A DNA stretch of 64,000 nt from Octopus vulgaris (lineage: Eukaryota). Shown here in pieces: positions 13,480 to 26,707 of this stretch; the first letter of the stretch is position 1; every line of letters starts with the position of its first letter. The notes beneath the pieces were generated by a model that had not been told where the DNA came from, made no database searches, and saw nothing but the letters and a program-made list of their open reading frames with translations. The translations under genes and the position numbers were made by a program. Where the stretch lies: contig OX597822.1 in NCBI GenBank assembly GCA_951406725.2, forward strand, positions 1-64,000, in the 5' to 3' direction.

Positions 13480-15000
13480 AATAAGGTTTCTCTTAACCTG
13501 GCCTGTTGAAATGTGAAAACCCTTTTAGATCGAGCAAGTAGGTCTGAAAGAAGAAAACCTCTAGTAACTAAAGAACTAAGGCTTCTTAATGTTGATATTG
13601 CAGCTCTTTCTGAAAAAAGATTTTCAGATGAAGATCATCCTGTCGAAAGAGTGGCAGGTTTTACATTGTGCTGAATTGGGAAGCCAAAGGGAGAGAAAAG
13701 GGAAGGTGGTGTTGGGTTTGCAATTAGAAGTGATTTGCTAAAAGACTTAGAACGACCACAAAACATAAATAAACACATAATGAAACTCCAGATCCCTCTT
13801 TCTTGTGGACATTTTGTAACTGTTTCTCTATTTATGCTCCTACACTTTCAGCTAATGAGAAAAAATATCCATGCATTTTATGAGGAGCTTACAAAACGTA
13901 TTCCATCAATGCCTTTGAGAAGTTGGTTGTACTGGGTGACTTTCATGCATATGTTGATAGAGACTAAGGTGCCTGTGATATACTTGGGCATTACAGAATA
14001 GGAAAGATGAACAACAATGGGTTGCATCTGCTATAAATGTTCTCTGAGATAGAGTTGATTGTTAGGAATGCTCTCATCATAAAATGAAACATGGATTCCC
14101 CCAAGATCAAAGCAAGGTCACATGATTGAGTTTGTATTAACTTGGAAAGGTGACTTACAAGATTTGTGCAGACGCAGAATAGTGTGAGGTGCTGATTGTG
14201 ATACTAAACACAAAATGGTTAGGGCCAAGTTCAAGTTCAGTGTCTGCAAGAAAATTCATTTTGTAGGTATACAAGTACCAAAGAAAATTGATGTAGAGCA
14301 GCTTAAATGACCACAAGTTTTGCAGTTATTTCAAAAGAGATGTTCCAATATTCATTTTGAAGGTTCATGACAATCTTTCCAGAATGAAATATATAAAATG
14401 GGTTCAGAAGTGTTAAGTTTTAAGATGATAGAGTGATAAATGAGCTTTTAGCAACAAAGAAGTCCACTCATGAAAAGCTTCTTAACCCAAACGTTAAGAA
14501 CACAGTACAGCTAGAAAAGTTGTACGAGTCTCTAAAAGAAGACTTGCAAAAAGAACTCAGGAGGCTTAAAGACACTTGGTGGAGAAACTTGTCAGAGGAA
14601 GTACAGGCAGCCTATGATAGGAAGGACATTAAAAGTTTCTATAGTTTATTGTGGCAAGCTTTTGGACTCCAATCTTCATCAGATGTTCCCTTGAAGTCAG
14701 AAGATGGAAATGGGGTTATTAATGATCCTCCTGGAATAATGAATAGATGGAGAGAACACTTTGCAGATCTTTTCCACAATACGTCTATAGTGAACATGGA
14801 TATCATAAACATGCCACAAAGAGAGATAATGCAACACATGAATGATACACTTTCCACTGGAGAAATAAATTTGGCATTATGTATATTAAGATCAGTTGTA
14901 GCTCATGGATTGGATGGTATTCCAGTTGAAATTCTGAAAGCAGGCGGGGATCATATTTCATCTGAAATTCATAGCCTGATAACTCAAGTTTGGAATGAAT
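13480..15000 (+). mobile_element. Degenerate RTE (BovB-like) LINE, endonuclease to start of RT
   Basis: Broken frames give 'LNLAC*NVKTLLDR..ELRLLNVDIAALSE.RF', 'GGVGFAI', then ORF 14433-15011 'RWREHFADLF...AHGLDGIPVEILKAGG'. Confidence 0.8.
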
Positions 15001-15009
15001 CGTCTGAAT

Positions 15010-15375
15010 GACATGCAAACAGGATTGACTGGTCAAGGAAGAACTGTAATCCCTGAATCTACATCAGTGCATAACCTGGGCATTGACGTGAGCAGTGAGG
15101 CTTCTTTTCAAGTGCATATTACCAATTTGGTAATGTGCTCCCTAATACACTCAGCACACAATACTCCCAACTATGATCAACACAAAATTAATGGTGAAAC
15201 TCGAAGCTATCCAATGAAGCTACACAAAGAAAATCATCTCAATGTGCCACATCAGCTACTGGGAAAGACTGAAAGAATTAAAATTCTTCTCCCTAGAACA
15301 AAGGCAATAAATATATGGAAAGTCCTGGAAGGCCTTTTACCAAGCTTTGGCATTGAAAGTTACACAAACAGCATT
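15010..15375 (+). mobile_element. Degenerate 3' fragment of the CR1/L2-group LINE family
   Basis: 'TGQGRTVIPESTSVHNLGIDVSSEASFQVHI' and 'IWKVLEGLLPSFGIESYTN' match the copy at 60916-61910. Confidence 0.75.
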
Positions 15376-15639
15376 TACACAAATTCTTTGGCTTGTTTGT
15401 CTGATTTCTGTTGGTCTATTACATTTTTCAGTGAGATAGTGGCTTGTTTGATGATTTTAACTCTTATTTCTAGCAAGCTGGTACTTCGTGTACTCTCTAT
15501 TATAATTATAATTATAAAATTTTATTGATTAGCCATATAACAGAATTATTGTTTGCTGGCCACTAATATTATTATTTTTATTATTATTTATCTATATATT
15601 TACTACTACTAATAATGATAATAATAATAATAAGCAGTT

Positions 15640-16760
15640 CTGGTTTTTATTAACAGTTTCAATGTGTTGAACTGGAATATGAGTGAAATAAGGCAGATTG
15701 ACAGGTAAATTCATAAGCTACTGACTTGCAATAAGATGCACCAACCAAAGGCAGACGTATATCATCTTTACCTACCCAGAGCTCAAGGAGGTTGAGACTT
15801 GATCTAATCTGAAATCTTCTACAAAACCACAATAATTGGACTGGCTAAATAGCTTGAAACATCTAACGACTGGATGCTAAAGCTTGTTGAAAACCATGAA
15901 AAACATAAGCTTCATTCTGTTATGAAGGAGAGCAAAATATTTTCAAGTGAGTTTATGCATAAGCATGATGGAAGTGCAGCAACTGTAGTTGCAAAGAAGG
16001 TGAAATCAATATCAAAACAAAATGCATTTGAACAATTGGCTGATAGGTGGGAACAAAAACCCCTGCATGGCAAATATATGGCTCGAAGCAACAAGCTGAT
16101 GTAGACCAGAAGCACACCCATCAGTGACTATGGAGCTCAGGGCTAAAGGCAGAGAGTGAAGGATTTATCTTGGTTGCCCAAGATCAGAGCTTATTGACCC
16201 AGAACTACTAAGGCAATGGGATGAAAAATGGTGTAGAGCCAAAGTGCTGTTAATGCAACGATGGGATTGAAAAAGTTGACCACCTAATCTCCACATGTAA
16301 GGTTTTTAGCACCTGTAGAGTACAAATCAAGACGTGACAGAGTTAGCCAATATCTACATTGGATGATATGTCGGCATTATAGAATGAAAACTGCTGACAA
16401 ATGGTACAAGCACCACCCTGAGGCTGTAACTGAGGGAGAAAATGTAAGTATTCATTGGGACTTCTGAGTATGTACAGGCCGGACCATCAAAGCAAGCAAA
16501 ACAAATATTGTTGTAAAAGACCAAAACAATGAAGCCTGTTTATTGATTGATATGAGCATACCTTGTGACCATAATATCTCGGAAAAAGAATTTGATAAGC
16601 CCAGAAAATATAAAGATTTGCTAATTGAAATCGACAAAAAATGTGGCACCTCAAAATGGTTACAATACCAGTAATTGTAGGAGCACTTGGAATGATCAAA
16701 AAAGAAACTGAAAATTATTTAAGAATGGTGTCTGGCATACCATCCATGTAGGAAATGCAA
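15640..16760 (+). mobile_element. Degenerate R4/Dong-like (RLE-type) non-LTR retrotransposon, 3' region
   Basis: Broken frames give 'KLLTCNKMHQPKADVYHLYLPRAQGG', 'WEQKPLHGKY', 'SSGLKAESEGFILVAQDQSL', a degenerate CCHC region, 'LHWMICRHY' and 'LLIDMSIP..KYKDL...IPVIVGALG'. Confidence 0.75.
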
Positions 16761-17427
16761 AGTATGTCTCGTAGTTATAAATGAGACATTTACAAAAATA
16801 TCCTAAGGCCTCTTCGGAGATTATGTGATACAAATCAGATTACATACACATTTATATAGGTGTGGGTACATACCCATAATAATACATATACATATGAGTG
16901 CATATAATCACACTCCTATACATATAAATATACATATACATAATGATATAAATAATATAAATTAATAAACATACATATGTCCCACATTCAATGTTACAGT
17001 TTTTCAACTTAATATTGTGATAATTACAATGTAGAAAAACATACACATATTAATACCTAAATGCAGATATACAGAGTCAAGAGTACATTATATTAATTCA
17101 TAACAATTTCCAAAATGTCATTAATGTTAGCATCATTATCATTGTCATTACCACTAATGCTACCAATATCATCATTTGTATTATTATTAATAACGCTAAT
17201 ACTAGAAAAACAATATATAGATTCCATTATTAGCAATATAGTTACAATAGTACTACAATACCATGCAAAGTGTTAAATATCTGCATATACATACGAAATA
17301 TGAAACAAAAGCATTCTGTTTACACGACATTAAGATCCACTGGTGCACAGATGTACTTCCGAGTTCAGATTTACATTGTAATTATCACAATATTAAGCTG
17401 AAAAACTGTAACATTGAATGTGGAACA

Positions 17428-18752
17428 TCATCATCATCATCATCATCATCGTTTAACGTCCGCTTTCCGCGCTAGCACGGGTTGGACGGTTTGACCGGGT
17501 CTGGGAAGCCAGGGGCCGCTCCAGGCTCCAGTCTGAATCTGGCAGAGTTTCTACGGCTGGATGCCCTTCCTAACGCCAACCACTCCGTGAGTGGATTGGG
17601 TGCTTTTACGTGCCACCTGCACAGGGGCCGGAGGGTCCGGCATCGTCACGATCGGATTCGAGCATTTTAACGTGTCAGCGGCACGGGGGCAACGAGGTCC
17701 GGGGTACTTTGGGGATCGGGGTATTTTGGGGATCCAGGGTACTTTGGGGATCCGGGGTACTTTGGGGATCCGGGGTACTTAGAATGGGTAGGGGGGTACT
17801 TAGAATGGGTAGGGGGGTACTTAGAATGGGTAGCGGGTATGTGGAATTGCTGCAGAAAGCAGCCCGGGTCTTTGTAGTCACAGCATATCTCCAGAGATCT
17901 CGGTCCTTCGCCATTGCCTCAGTGAGGCCCAATGCTCTGAGGTCATGCTTGACCACCTCATCCCATGTCTTCCTGGGTCTACCTCTCCCCCTGATACCTT
18001 CAACTGTTTGGGAGTGGCACTTCTTCACACATCTCTCTTCATCCATCCGCAGCACATGACCATACCATCGCAAGCGTCGCTCTTGCACACCACATCTGAT
18101 GCTTCTTATATCCAGCATTTCTCTCAGGATACTTACACTCTGTTTTGCGTGCACACTGACACTACACATCCAGCGGATCATGCTAGCTTCATTTCTTTCA
18201 AGTCTACGCATGTCTTCTGCAGTCACAGCCCATGTTTCATTACCGTGAAGCATGGCAGTTCCGCACACATGCATCATATAATCTACCTTTTGCTCTGAGG
18301 GAGAGGCCTTTTGTTGCCAGTAGGGGTAGGAGCTTTCTGAACTTTGCCCAGGCTATTCGTATTCTAGTGGTGATACTCTCTGTGCATCCACCTCCGCTAC
18401 TAACTTGGTCTCCCAGGTAGCGGAAACTATCAACTACTTCTAGTTTCTCTCCCTGGAGTGTGATGGAATCTGTTTTCTGAGTGTCTGTTGTGTCTATTGT
18501 CCCTGTGCATCTGCCGCACATGTAAGCTATCTTATCTGTTAATTTCCCTTTAATGTTGCTGCACCTCTTATGTGTCCATAACTTACATTGGGTGCATCTT
18601 ATGGAGTTTCTACCTGTACCTTTCCTACAGGTTGAGCAGGGCCACCTACCCGAGGGGATGTGTGTTGAGTACCTCTTGCTGCTTACTAATACTTTGGTCT
18701 TTGCTACATTTATTCTAAGGCCCTTTGATTCCAACCCTTGCTTCCATACCCG
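17428..18752 (-). mobile_element. 5'-truncated RTE LINE (C-terminal RT region plus 3' UTR and (GAT)n tail)
   Basis: ORFs 18240-18734 and 17675-18277 encode 'GLRINVAKTKVL', 'LEVVDSFRYLG', 'RRLRWYGHVLRM', 'RGRPRKTW'. The 3' UTR ends '...ggacgttaaacgatgatgatg'. Confidence 0.92.
17698..17838. repeat. G-rich 18-bp and 21-bp tandem repeats inside the RTE 3' region
   Basis: (ggggtactttggggatcc)x~4 followed by (ggggtacttagaatgggtagg)x~3. Confidence 0.85.
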
Positions 18753-18913
18753 ATATATGTTTATTGATTTATATTATTTATATCATTATGTATATGTATA
18801 TTTATATGTATAGGAGTGTGAGTATATGCACTCATATGTATATGAATATGTTTTATTATGGGTATGTACCCACACCTATATAAATGTGTATGTAATCTAA
18901 TTTGTATCACATA

Positions 18914-19003
18914 ATCTCCGAAGAGGTCTTAGGATATTTTTGTAAATGTCACATTTATAACTACGAGACATACTTATCTGCATGGCTGAAACAGCTGTAA
19001 GAT
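18914..19003 (+). ncRNA. Variant or degenerate type I hammerhead ribozyme
   Basis: atct-CCGAAGA-ggtc..(about 55 nt)..ggct-GAAA-cagctg-TA-agat. Helix I is atct/agat and helix III is palindromic, but core U4 is C. Confidence 0.55.
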
Positions 19004-19409
19004 GTAGTCTATATCTATACTTATATTTACTTATTTTTATATTCTCTTATACATATTGTACTTACTGTATAACATTACTCCTTTATGTACACTATTTTGT
19101 TCTACTTTATTATGTTTGTCCTTAAAGTTTCTTATGTGGTGGTTTAATAAAGTATGTGATTGGGTATTATCTGGTAATCGATATTTGATTTCGATGTATT
19201 TTTCCATTTTCTTATTTTGTATTATGAATTTGTGGTAAAACATTTTACCTTTGCCCATATAATACAGTAAATGAATTAATTGCATCGCAATTATTAACAT
19301 TTATGTATTAACTTTGTTGGGTACTTCACTAGCGGTAGATTGGATATATATTATCCCATGGAGGGTTGCATTTACAACCCCTATCTCAATTTATATATAT
19401 ATATATATA

Positions 19410-20290
19410 TTTGCCGACGATGTCAAACTGGTCGCTCCTCGCGGTGATATAGAGGATCTTCGTCGATGCCTCCACCAAATTTGGAGGTGGTCTAATGAAT
19501 GGGACCTGTGTCTGAACGTGTCAAAGTGCTGTCATCTGCCTGTTGGCTCTTCTCCTGCAACTCAACTTGATTTCGAGCCGGGTCATCTACTGCTGGAGAG
19601 GACCGATCAGGTAAAGGACCTGGGTATCTTGGTGGATTCCTCCTTTTCACCTTCGGCCCAGTGCGTCCATGCTGCCAACAAAGCACGCGGAATTCTGTTC
19701 TTGATTCGACGGTCATTCGGAATGCTCACAGCAGCCATATTCGTACCGCTCTATGTCACGCTGGTGAAACCCATATTGGAGTACGGGATTCAAGCCTCTT
19801 CTCCTTATCTCCTCAAAGACATACAGCATCTCGAAAGAGTCCAGAAGCTGGCTACCCGCATGGTTCATGGTCTCAAGAATTTGTCTTATGAAGAAAGGCT
19901 GAAGACACTCGACCTTTATTCTCTAGAAAAACGCCGCCGCCATGGTGATCTCATTCTCGCTCACAACATCATAAGCAGAAAGTATAACATCTCGAAATAG
20001 CTGTTCTTCACTCCTGCTCCAGAGCGTTGGCTGCGGAGTCATTCCGAAAAGCTCTACCTGCGACGATTTCATCTCAATTGAAGGAGGAGCTTTCTCCGTC
20101 CAGGTTGCGGATCCGTGGAACAAGCTGCCAGACGAGATGGTGAAGATGCCGACGACCGCTTTGTTCAAAGTCTCCCTTGACCTCAAGTGGCCTGAACTCT
20201 TTACATGAACACCACCCTGTACTTAACTCCATGTCCCCCTACATGGCCTTGCTTTTTGCTTTTGAGCCAAAAAATTAACTAACTAACATA
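19410..20290 (+). mobile_element. 5'-truncated CR1-like LINE of a distinct family, starting at FADD
   Basis: 'FADDVKL..LNVSKCCHL..VKDLGILVD..PILEYG..LERVQKLATRM..LYSLEKRR' with later stops; (taac)n tail. Confidence 0.88.
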
Positions 20291-20934
20291 TACATATATA
20301 TTCTTGAAAAATGGAAATTTTTTCACAATTTTTCCAGGATCCTCATCTTTCACTAAACAGAAAGAAAAAATGTCCGGGAAAAGTGTAAAAATTAAGAGAG
20401 AGGGATGAATTTTTGAAATTTTATTTTCAGGATCGAATCCCCCCACCTGCTTCATTTTTTCACTTTTTCCAGAATTTTCTCTTCTTACTTATTTTTTTAT
20501 TTTCTATTTTATTATTATTATTTTTTGGGTGGGGGCCAAATACATAAAAAATACAAAGATTTGAACTCTGATAATAATTTGAAAAAAAAATTTTAACTCG
20601 TTAACCAACCACATGTTTCCGGGTGGCACCTCGGGCAAGAGATTTGTTTCAGTCATTTGCCTGTGGCCATGCTGGAGCGCTGCCATTAGTCGAGCAAATC
20701 GACACCAGGACTTATATTTTTGTAAGCCTATTGCTTATTCTATCGGTCTCTATTTGCTGAACCGCTAAGTACGTTATGTTATCGAAGTTTTGTTAGCTTT
20801 GGCTGCTATTTCTAGCATATGGATAGCCTGCTTGAAGGCCTGAAGGGTATATATATATATATTGATTGATTGATTGATTGATTGATTCTAGTTTCAGCTT
20901 ATGAGCTGTGGCCATGCTGGGGCAATATTTTTAT

Positions 20935-21392
20935 ATATGGTCTTTTATTTTACTTGTTTCAGTCATTTGACTATGGCCATGCTGGAGCACTGCCTCTAGT
21001 CGAGCAAATCGACCCCAAGACTTATTCTTTTTAAGTCCAGCGGTTCTTGCCAAGCCGCTAATTGACGGGGATGTAAACACCCCAGCATCAGTTGTCAAGC
21101 GATGTTGGGGGGACAAAAAGGCACACACATATATGTATATATATATTTATATACGACGGGCTTCTTTCAGTTTCCATCTACCAAATATATTCATACACAC
21201 ACACACGCACATATATATATATATATGTACATATTTACGACGGGGCTTCCTTCAGTTTCCGTCTACCAGATCCAATCACAAGGCTTTGGTCGCCCGAGGC
21301 TATAGTAGAAGTCACTTGCCCAAGGTGCCACGCAGTGGGACTGAACCCGGAACTATGTGCTTGGTACGCAAGCTACTTAACACACCGCCAAG
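20935..21392 (-). mobile_element. tRNA-derived SINE
   Basis: Reverse complement of the SINE at 58979-59375 (head, TA/TG middle, LINE-like tail). A further tail fragment lies at 20640-20770. Confidence 0.85.
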
Positions 21393-21819
21393 CCCGTCTC
21401 TATTTCGAGAGTTATCTCCGCTTACTTGCCATCTCCTATTCGAAATTAAATCTACTTCCGGCAACAGAAAATACGTTTCTACCGTTTAAAACTAAACTGA
21501 GGTAAGGCATTTTAATTTCATTTGGGGCCATTTAACGCTTCAATGAACATCCTTTCATCTTAAACACTGTCTGTGTGTCTATAAATTAATGATACGATAT
21601 TAATTATCGTAAAAGTGCGTGATCCAATTATGAGATCAGGAAATTAATGTTTTTGTTTTTCGTTATGAAACTTACAAGGGCGTGGCCGCTTTGTGGGGGA
21701 CAGAGATGGAGGTAACACAGAGTAGGGTCTCTGTTCAGTCAGCCTGTAATGGTAGGGTTTTGTGTATATGTTTTAACAAGGGTGGATTTCTCCGCTGTGG
21801 AAACTGGATACCATTTATT

Positions 21820-22009
21820 TAAGAAGAGTGGTCCTGGTGCGCGCACTCGTTTACTCGCGCAACCGCGCTAGATAGTCGTGACTAGTCGATCCTACAACGA
21901 CTACCTAGCAAAGTAAATGAAACACAAAAACACAAAGGATCGACTAGTCACGACTAGCTTGCTCAGATGCGCTAGTACGCGATTGCGCGCACCGGGACCA
22001 CTCGTCTTA
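21820..22009. mobile_element. GC-rich hairpin MITE, about 75-bp imperfect inverted arms
   Basis: 'taagaagagtggtcctggtgcgcgca...tagtcgtgactagtcgatcct' pairs with 'aggatcgactagtcacgacta...tgcgcgcaccgggaccactcgtctta'. Confidence 0.75.
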
Positions 22010-23240
22010 GGTAGTACCCTATAAATTAAAACTGAATATGTGTGTGTGTGTAAAAGTGATAAAGTCAAGTTTCATGTATTTATCGTCTGTAACCGTAACT
22101 CCCTCCCACTCCTTTTGCTGTTTTAGCTTTCTTTCTGACCTGTCCATAAATTATCTTTACAACTTCCACACTTCCGAACTTCAAATTGTAAACCCAGTGT
22201 TTATTTCAATGCCTCGCTTCCTCCCTCTCTTATTCTTCTCTTAGCCTATGTTATTAAGTCTGCTATGCGTATATATGTGTATGTATAATATATACTAGCA
22301 GTCCTCTGGCCTTTGTCTCGGTGTGTAGTGTACACAAATGTATTCATAAAACGTCTTTCGTAATGCTTATGTATTAAGATCTTAGTTAAAGGTTACAAGT
22401 CGATACCCTTCACAAGAAATAGTTTTAAATTCCAACCTTAAGTACATACACACACACATATATATTGTATCTAGGTCAGTTGAAATATGTTTCTGATATA
22501 TTTCCACTGCTGAACGACAAGGTGAAAAGGTATAAAAACAACATATGTGTCCAGTGCCGCCATCTCAACAGCGAAAGTGCTAGAAACATCAACGTCTGTG
22601 ATCCTGGCACTGGACAGAAATGGCGTTTTTATATACTTTTACGTGAAGAGAGAATTCTCACCACGCTGTAATTGCTGTAAATTTGCCTTTTAACAATTGA
22701 AATATATATTAACTAGAATAAAATTTGCATAATACTGGAAAATTTTTAATGAACGGGCAATATTAATTAATAATTCATGACACGATGATGTTGATGATAG
22801 TGATGACAACTATAATGGTAGTGACGGAGGTGGGGTGGATGTATTCAGTTTTATACTGAAAAATATAAAAATACTTGAAAACAATTCTTTAGAAAAGCAA
22901 AACACTTCAGATGGCCAGAATTTGCCAATGGAATAGTTATCAGCATCCACCAGTTGGTCAAATTTGGAGTGTCAGCACTTTAGAGGGAAAAACAAAATGA
23001 GAACTTTAACGTTCCACGATCTGCTATCAAACGGATGCCATATGCACTGAGTATTAGAAACACACACACACACATGCAGATATGTTGTGTTTGCCTGTAA
23101 ACTCAAGTGGTTGTGAAGCAAAGGATGGGTGGACAAATTTTGTATCACAAATACAATGTTATTTACTGAACAAGAAATGAACCAATATTTTGCACACACT
23201 AACGCATCTCTATCTATCTATCTATCTTATCTCTCTCTAT

Positions 23241-23327
<87 letters not shown>

Positions 23328-23759
23328 CATGTATATATATGCATATTGAAATATCGATATATAGAATGATATACACACATACATAAAACTACATATGCAT
23401 TATGCATATACGGGATTGTCAAGCTGCTATTTCTCTTTGGTTTAATGATATCAAATATCTCCATTCTTTGTATTGCTCAACAAAACTTTCTTGAAGTATG
23501 TTTAATATGAAGTGAATTATAGAAAATTGTAGAGAAAAGACTATAAGACTGGTAAAAGAATGCTCATGTTGAGAAGATATGTGAAATAAGAGGCTAAGAA
23601 AGCTTCTACAGATATAAACAATAATCTCTCTTATGAAGTTTGAAACTAAACACAAAATCAAATAATTACTGCTAATTCGAAGTAATTAAAGAGACTAGCT
23701 GAAGGTGACCCGCTCTACGCGCGGGTAAGAGTGTGGTTGTTACTTTCTGTTGCTTCCTT

Positions 23760-24072
23760 TCAGCACGTAAAAAGCACCATCCGAACGTGGCAGATTGCAG
23801 CGCCGCCTTGACTGGCTTCTGTGCTGGTGGCACGTAAAAAGCACCAACCGATCGTGACCGCTGCCAGCCCCCCTGGCACCTGTGCTGGCGGCACGAAAAA
23901 AGCACCCACTACGCTCACAGAGTGGTTGGCGTTAGGAAGGGCATCCACTTGTCGAAACACTGCCAGATCAGACTGGAGCCTGGTGCAGCCTCCTGGCTTC
24001 CCAGACCCCTGTCAAACTGTCCAACCCGTGCTAGCACGGATAACGGACGTTAAACGATGATGATGATGATGA
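23760..24072 (+). mobile_element. RTE 3'-UTR-only copy
   Basis: Has 'gagtggttggcgttaggaagggcatcca...ggacgttaaacgatgatgatg' as in the RTE at 17428-17610. Similar copies lie at 26130-26290 (-), 42200-42447 (-) and 59411-59742 (-). Confidence 0.85.
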
Positions 24073-24762
24073 TTCTCCCTCTTTGTTTCTCTCTCTTTTC
24101 TCTCTTTCTTTCCCACTCTCTTACTCTTCCTTTCTCTCGGACTCTCCCTAGCTTTCTCTTACTCTCTATCTTTATCTATCTCTCTCCCATTTATAAACAA
24201 CAAAAGATCTTGAGTAAGTTGAGAAATAAAATATTTAGAAAGATCAATCATAAATATCAGGCAGTAACAACGGAAAGGTCTGCTTCAAGGCAGACAGCAA
24301 AACTCTAACATTTAAAAGGGACAGACGAACTTGCGAGCTGAATAAAAATAATAAAATATTGGAAACCAAAGTTTGAAGGGATAGAATTTGAGGATAGTAG
24401 AGTCACCATGGCTGGCATTTCTTAATGACGGACAGCAACGTATTGACAGTTCAACGGCTGGCGTAAAATTTTGAACTTGATGTAAAAGAAAATCCCTAAA
24501 AACCAAGTTTTGAATTGATTCTTTCTCACGACAGTAGACTCACGATGGCAAGCATTCAAAACTTCTTCATCATGGACGGCAACACATTGACGATTAAAAG
24601 GCTGGCGCAAATTTTTTAGCTTGATGTAACAGAGAATTGCTAAACACCCGCTCCTTTAAATTTTAATCCCCTTCCAGCCCCATTTAGACCCCTTTTCACA
24701 TTTTGGTTAATATAACCCGATTTCATTTGGGTCTACTGGGGCCACATTTTATAAGATGAGGA

Positions 24763-24958
24763 CTCAACCAAGTTTCCCAAGTTCTGGTCATAGACCATAG
24801 AACACTCAAGCAAGTTTCCTGAGTTCTGGTCATAGACCATAGAACAGTCAAGCAAGTTTCCCGAGTTCTGGTCATAGACCATAGACCACTCAACCAAGTT
24901 TCCTGAGTTCTGGTCATAGACCATAAAACACTCAACCAAGTTTCCCGAGTTCTGGTCA
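24763..24958. repeat. 42-bp minisatellite, about 4.6 units
   Basis: caagtttcc(c/t)gagttctggtcatagaccatagaacactcaa(g/c), with unit starts at 24769, 24811, 24853, 24895 and 24937. Confidence 0.9.
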
Positions 24959-26096
24959 TTTGCAGAATAAATAGAGATGGCGGAGGTGGCAGACGTCGTT
25001 GCAATGTAAACATGATTTGTTTTAAGAGAAAGATTGTCCAGATTGTGTGTTGGTGGTGGTGGTGGTGGCGATGATAATTATCTTTAAGAATGGAGATAAA
25101 GAGAAATTGAATGGGAGTTAGAGGTAGAAAGAGAAGGTGTAAATTTTGGAGTGAATCCGACGGGATGTAGTGGGCTTTAACCCCGGCAAAAAAATAATAT
25201 CTGTTACGTTTCTGAAAGAGGTGAAGTAGGAATATTGAAACTTTTGCGGCTGTCATTGATAGACTCGTTGTAGAATAAATAGAGACGGCGAAAAAAGAGA
25301 GAGCTCGAGAAAGAAAAGGTGATATATGAAAGAGAGGACAGGAAAATGAAATATTTTGCAATGTAAACATGATTTGTTTTAAGAGAAAGATTGTCATGAT
25401 TGTGTGTTGGTGGTGTTGGTGGTGGCGATGATAATTATCATTAGGAAAAACAGTGAGTGAGTGAGGAAGACATACATAAGTTGTGGCGATGATAATTGTA
25501 GACCCCTTTTCACATTTTGATGAAGAGAACCCGATTTCATTCGGGTGTACTAGGGCCACATATAGGTGTGTGTGTGTGTGTGTGTGTGTGCACGCTGTAG
25601 AAATTAAATTAGAGATAAAACCACTAATAGAGAAATGAAACAGTAAAAAATCAAAAACAAAAACATAAAAATAAAAATATAATATTAGATATATGTATAT
25701 GTGTGTGTGTGTGTGTTGACAGTAGACAATAGAATGTGATGGCGATGGAGATGTAATATTTGTTTCTGTCTATGAACGCTGATAGATACATGAGTAAAAT
25801 GTATGGGAAGCTAAGAGATAAGAGTGAGTGAAAATGTTCTTGGAAGAGAGGAAACAGCGAGAGAGTGATTTGAGGAAGACTTTACATTAAATAACCGTAG
25901 TGGACTTGTGAAATGAAGAGGAGTGAGAGGGTACTGGAAGAAATAGGGTGAGTGAGGAAGATGGCCCCTAGCAACCACACCTTTTAAGATATGGATTTCT
26001 AAGGTAGCCCACGAGCATCGTCACCTCATTCTACATGTCCCTGTATATATATGTATCACATATATACATATATATATATATATATATATGTATATG

Positions 26097-26129
<33 letters not shown>

Positions 26130-26287
26130 CATCATCATCATTTAGCGTCCGTTTTCCATGCTAGCATGGGTTGGACGGTTCAACTGGGGTCTGGGGAGCC
26201 CGAAGGCTGCACCAGGCCAGTCAGATCTGGCAGTGTTTCTACAGCTGGATGCCCTTCCTAACGCCAACCACTCCGAGAGTGTAGTGG

Positions 26288-26428
<141 letters not shown>

Positions 26429-26429
26429 G

Positions 26430-26506
<77 letters not shown>

Positions 26507-26507
26507 G

Positions 26508-26591
<84 letters not shown>

Positions 26592-26629
26592 GATCAAAAT
26601 AAAAATAAAAACATGATGCCAAGGATTCA

Positions 26630-26707
26630 GCGGTACATATGTTTCGGGCCTTTATTAGACAGATTTATAACAATGCATAATGTATGTCTGTGGCCTTCTT
26701 CAGCCAC
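26630..26707 (-). ncRNA. Type I hammerhead ribozyme in a Penelope-like terminal repeat (unit about 26590-27560)
   Basis: Minus strand reads gtgg-CTGAAGA-aggcc..acaga..tctgt..ggccc-GAAA-catatg-TA-ccgc. Helix III is palindromic (acatatgt); the first pair of stem II is an A-C mismatch. Confidence 0.7.

Larger units (their letters stand above)
16761..19390 (+). mobile_element. Penelope-like terminal-repeat (pLTR) unit in inverted-repeat arrangement; right arm split by an RTE insertion
   Basis: 16761-17032 is the reverse complement of 17370-17427 joined to 18753-18975. The right arm runs into a hammerhead-like motif and the unit ends at (TA)n. Confidence 0.65.

Noticed and set aside
22547-22616. 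11-bp inverted repeat tgtccagtgcc/ggcactggaca
   Set aside because: Too short and isolated to assign a function without comparative data.
24763-24958. Regular 42-bp repeats resembling a CRISPR array, and the 278-aa ORF 24723-25559
   Set aside because: Units are contiguous with no unique spacers, there are no cas genes, and the context is eukaryotic. The ORF is a by-product of the repeats.
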